Below, piece by piece: positions 60,679 to 64,000 of a stretch of DNA of 64,000 bases. Position numbers and translations under genes: made by a program. This DNA comes from Candidatus Bathyarchaeota archaeon. Lineage in GTDB: Archaea; Thermoproteota; Bathyarchaeia; 40CM-2-53-6. The notes beneath the pieces are model-generated. The model ran no database searches. It had not been told where the DNA came from and saw only the letters and a program-made list of their open reading frames with translations. The stretch's first letter is position 1. Every line of letters starts with the position of its first letter. Location of the stretch: NCBI GenBank assembly GCA_963706285.1, contig CAVPLU010000010.1, positions 160,001 through 224,000 of the forward strand, read 5' to 3'.

Positions 60679-60717
60679 CCTAATTTGTTCTGCGATAGCC
60701 GCTTGCCGGTTCAAGTG

Positions 60718-61221
60718 ATGTCCAGAGAGTTCAGACACATAGTTCGTGTTTCAGGTACCGACATAGACGGCTCCAAGAAGCTCGTCTACGGTATTATGAA
60801 GATTCGCGGGATAGGTCCGAGCTTTGCCGCTGCGGTTGTTAAAGCGGCAGAGTTGAAGCCTGAGGTGCGGGTTGGAAACCTAACAGAGGAAGAAGTTGAT
60901 CGCTTAGAGGATGTCGTGAAGGATCCCGCAAAGTACAGCCTTCCACCGAGACTATTCAACCGTAGGAAGGATTCCGATACTGGGAGAGATGGCCACTTGA
61001 TCGGCCCCGACCTAGCCTTGCGAACTAAAGCTGACATTGGCTTCATGATGGAAATACGCACATGGAAGGGCGTGCGCCACTCTCTTGGCCTGAAGGTTCG
61101 AGGGCAACGTACAAAAAGCACGGGCCGGAAGGGCCGAGCAGTCGGAGTCAAGAAGAAGGCTGCGATTGAAGCAGCTAGGGCCGCCATAAGAGAAGGAAAG
61201 GCTGAGGACAAGAAGAAGTAA
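60718..61221 (+). CDS. rps13: 30S ribosomal protein S13
   Basis: FRHIVRV, NRRKD, GVRHSLGLKVRGQRTK. Confidence 0.97.
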   Translation: MSREFRHIVRVSGTDIDGSKKLVYGIMKIRGIGPSFAAAVVKAAELKPEVRVGNLTEEEVDRLEDVVKDPAKYSLPPRLFNRRKDSDTGRDGHLIGPDLALRTKADIGFMMEIRTWKGVRHSLGLKVRGQRTKSTGRKGRAVGVKKKAAIEAARAAIREGKAEDKKK

Positions 61222-61244
61222 CAATCAGACGGAGATAGCGTGAT

Positions 61245-61802
61245 TTGGGAGATCCGAAGAAGCAGAGAAAGAAGTACGCGACACCACGTCATCCATGGCG
61301 TCGAGACCAGCTCGACGTCGAGCTTAGGCTCATGGGTGAATATGGACTCAGGAACAAACGGGAGCTCTGGCGATACAAGACCATGCTCTCCGAGATGAGA
61401 GGAATTGCACGCTCGTTACTTGCCAAGTCTGGCGCAGAACGGGAGAAGTCTGAACGAGACTTCCTCTCGCGCCTGAGAAGGATGGGACTAGCTGGGGACA
61501 CAACAAGCATCGACGACACCCTAGACTTGGACATTCGGGACCTACTTGAGCGAAGACTACAAACAGTGGTCCTCCGCGGCGGACTCGCCGGTTCAGCCTC
61601 ACAGTCTAGACAACTGATATCACACGGTCACATTACCGTCAGCGGACGTGTTGTCACAGTTCCCGGATATCTGGTAGCCAAGGCGGATGACGAAGGGGTG
61701 AGATACGCGGCTGAGAGTCCCATCGCGAAGAGCGATCACCCAGCACGTCAATCCCTCAAAGGGCAACCGACAGAACCAGCCTCACCAGTGCGCAGCTCTT
61801 AG
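61245..61802 (+). CDS. rps4: 30S ribosomal protein S4
   Basis: MGDPKKQRKKY.TP.HPW, YGLRNKRELW, ERRLQT, RQLISHGHI. Confidence 0.97.
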   Translation: MGDPKKQRKKYATPRHPWRRDQLDVELRLMGEYGLRNKRELWRYKTMLSEMRGIARSLLAKSGAEREKSERDFLSRLRRMGLAGDTTSIDDTLDLDIRDLLERRLQTVVLRGGLAGSASQSRQLISHGHITVSGRVVTVPGYLVAKADDEGVRYAAESPIAKSDHPARQSLKGQPTEPASPVRSS

Positions 61803-61878
61803 CCTGGAACCGCGCAGCAGATAAGCTGCGTCGCGTCTCCACAAATCCGCAGAAGGCTGCAAGAGGAAGGTAGGCTGA

Positions 61879-62424
61879 TTGGATCTTGGATTCTTTGTCC
61901 AAAACCTTCCATTCGTGCTCCTAGTTGTCGGGTTCGTCTGTCTTGCTCCCCTGTTCAGGGGTTCATTCAAACCGATCTCTCGCGTCTTAGTCATAGTGGG
62001 ATTTTTTCTCGGAATCTTCGTGTTGGTGCTCGTATACGAGGTGTTCTCTAGCGGGCACTATGATGCGTTTAGCCTAGGTGTTCTTGGGGTCGCTGGTCTG
62101 ATGCTGTTTCTGCGACCTGTTAGAAATGTCCGCTGGGCTGCGTTGGTAGGTTTGGCTGTGGGTTTGCTGGCATCATATTATGCATATAGCGTCGTTCATG
62201 TGACGACCACTGTGCTAATCATAGTGTTCGTCGCAGCAACGCTGCTGTTGTATTTGCTGTCCAAGTTCGCTGAGGATCTGCTCGGAATCATCGGAGGTAT
62301 CTTATCATTTCCTCCGATCGCCATCATTATTGGCATAGTATGTATCGTGCAAGCCATTCTCATTCTAATGGGAACGAGCCTGATGGCTTACGTCCCACAA
62401 GTGCATTTCTGGCCGTTTGCGTAG
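61879..62424 (+). CDS. Hypothetical multi-pass membrane protein
   Basis: About six hydrophobic helices. Confidence 0.7.
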   Translation: MDLGFFVQNLPFVLLVVGFVCLAPLFRGSFKPISRVLVIVGFFLGIFVLVLVYEVFSSGHYDAFSLGVLGVAGLMLFLRPVRNVRWAALVGLAVGLLASYYAYSVVHVTTTVLIIVFVAATLLLYLLSKFAEDLLGIIGGILSFPPIAIIIGIVCIVQAILILMGTSLMAYVPQVHFWPFA

Positions 62425-62510
62425 GCTCATCTTGTGGTGTTAATCGATCAAGGCCGTAGAAGAATCGTCAACTGGACTCGAATGCATTGAGATCTCCAAA
62501 GTGATTGATG

Positions 62511-62700
62511 TCACTTCATTTGTGAGAGCAGTTGCTTCCGTATCTTCGCAACGAGAGTGTACAGTGAGTCGACAATCTGTGAGATCTCAAGATCGCCTGC
62601 GACACTGAGTAGCATGTAGGCCTCGTACTCTTCCGCTCCATAATCAGTTACGAGTAGTTTTATCAGCTCTCGAACGCTGTTCAGGCAGGAGGAGGATTTG
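62511..62700 (-). pseudogene. C-terminal remnant of an acetamidase/formamidase-family gene
   Basis: EAYMLLSVAGDLEISQIVD motif without the N-terminal body. Confidence 0.65.
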
Positions 62701-62702
62701 AG

Positions 62703-62918
62703 ATGGCTTCCGCAGGAAGCACCACAGTCAAAGATGCTATCCCGAAGTATCAATCCATGCTAGGATTGCATGGCCACATTCATGAGTCGAAGGGCACATC
62801 CAAGATCGGCCGAACGCTATGTCTGAATCCAGGGGCTGAGTACATGGAGGTGCTACGAGGCGTGCTCTTGAACAGCGATGATAACCGCGTCAAGGATTTC
62901 CTATTCACTTCAGGATGA
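62703..62918 (+). pseudogene. C-terminal remnant of an Icc-like metallophosphoesterase
   Basis: AGS..V..AI.KYQ..LGLHGHIHESKG..IGRTLCLNPG only. Confidence 0.65.
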
Positions 62919-63436
62919 AGAAGTCAAAGGATGCGTTTCGCATGGAGCGATATCACCTTCGCCGCACTGAGAAAGCGATGGACGACCAAGGAGAGATCGA
63001 GCAGGTCCTTGCATCTGTGAGGATCATGACCGTCGCCTGCTGCTTGGAGAACGAGCCGTACCTTTTCACGGTGGACTTTGCCTGGGATCAGCAGGCGCAT
63101 GAGCTTTGGTTCCACTGCGCTACAGAAGGTCGGAAAATGAAGATCCTTCAAGCTAACCCTCGCGTCTGCGTTACTGTAGTCGAAGACCGAGGTTACTTGG
63201 AAGGCGAATGCGACCATGCCTATCGTTCATTGATTCTGGAGGGAAAAGCGTGCGTAGTCAGCGATCTTTCCGAGAAGCGACGTGCGCTCGAACTGCTCTC
63301 CCGTAAGCATGAACGCCAGCCAGAGGCTGTTCTCGCTCGACTTGCAGGCAAGGATGAAGAAGTGCAGAAGGTCGCAATAGTAAGGGTCTCCGTTGACTCT
63401 ATCAGTGGAAAGCAAGGCCCGGCGCCGAAGGAATGA
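62915..63436 (+). CDS. Pyridoxamine 5'-phosphate oxidase-like (NimA-type) flavin-binding protein
   Basis: EPY, WFHCATEGRK, NPRVC, YRSLI..G, ISGK. Confidence 0.88.
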   Translation: MKKSKDAFRMERYHLRRTEKAMDDQGEIEQVLASVRIMTVACCLENEPYLFTVDFAWDQQAHELWFHCATEGRKMKILQANPRVCVTVVEDRGYLEGECDHAYRSLILEGKACVVSDLSEKRRALELLSRKHERQPEAVLARLAGKDEEVQKVAIVRVSVDSISGKQGPAPKE

Positions 63437-63569
63437 AAAAGCAAATCAGCGTGCGAGTATGTGAGACCACGTACTAGTCGTATGAGCGCACGGGTCGGGT
63501 ATGGTATGCCGCAAGCTGCAAACCATAAATGAACTGCTTCTAATAGGTAAGGACGTGGATGGTTCGTAC

Positions 63570-63836
63570 ATGAGTGATGACATCCGGGTCGATGATGCCA
63601 CAACCGCGGAGTTTGCGGCAAGGCGCTATCTTGAATCGCAGTACCCGGGCAAAGCGATCGATGTCAAATTCAGCAAAATCTGGTTCGTAGGAGGAAAAGG
63701 AAAAGACATCTGGGAGGTCGAAGGGTTCCTATCGATGAGGAAAGCAGCGATCTTGAAGGATCGAAAGTCGTTCAAGTTCCAGATCGACGCAGAGACGGGC
63801 GACGTGATAGGTTTCGAGAGCGTACGAAAAGGGTAA
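63570..63836 (+). CDS. Small protein with PepSY-like C-terminus
   Basis: WEVEG...FQIDAETGDVIG. Confidence 0.55.
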   Translation: MSDDIRVDDATTAEFAARRYLESQYPGKAIDVKFSKIWFVGGKGKDIWEVEGFLSMRKAAILKDRKSFKFQIDAETGDVIGFESVRKG

Positions 63837-64000
63837 TTTCAGTTTCCATTAATTCCCCAAATTGTCTGTCTGGTATCTGAAGCCCATGTGGACTACGTCG
63901 TCAATACCATGAACGTATCCTTCAGAACTCGAAAAAGTCTCGGGAGATCGCTATCCATCTTTGAAGCAGAATTGGCCTAATTCTGAACTCATTGAAGCAT

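Overview
A 64-kb archaeal chromosomal segment; gene content and the many TTG/GTG starts suggest a TACK lineage such as Bathyarchaeia (inference). It is mostly housekeeping: NfnAB, Lhr/Hef/RadB-like/AlkA/Ogg1 repair genes, srp54-rpl21e-rpo4, eIF5A plus deoxyhypusine synthase, RNA-maturation enzymes, gcvT/gcvH, proA/proB, fumC, an ABC-2 exporter and rps13-rps4, plus one tnpB-only IS200/IS605 element. About ten genes are split by apparent single-base insertions that look like sequencing error. The standout is a different kind of lesion. The essential aIF5A/eIF5A gene is interrupted at its hypusine motif by a 26-nt hairpin insertion (14127-14152) that folds into a relaxed bulge-helix-bulge motif. 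Removing it at the canonical cut positions, which fall inside the lysine codon, restores SKPGKHG, so it is a candidate endonuclease-spliced intron in a protein-coding gene other than cbf5. Other notable items: a TnpB with the Fanzor-like rearranged RuvC-II whose predicted guide covers the rps13 promoter, OSTC/OST3-like and PAC4-like proteins of eukaryotic type, a synonymous-variant duplication breaking a DNA methyltransferase, and an internally deleted ZIP transporter. No rRNA, tRNA or CRISPR array was recognised. All family calls are by-eye motif recognition, not database searches.
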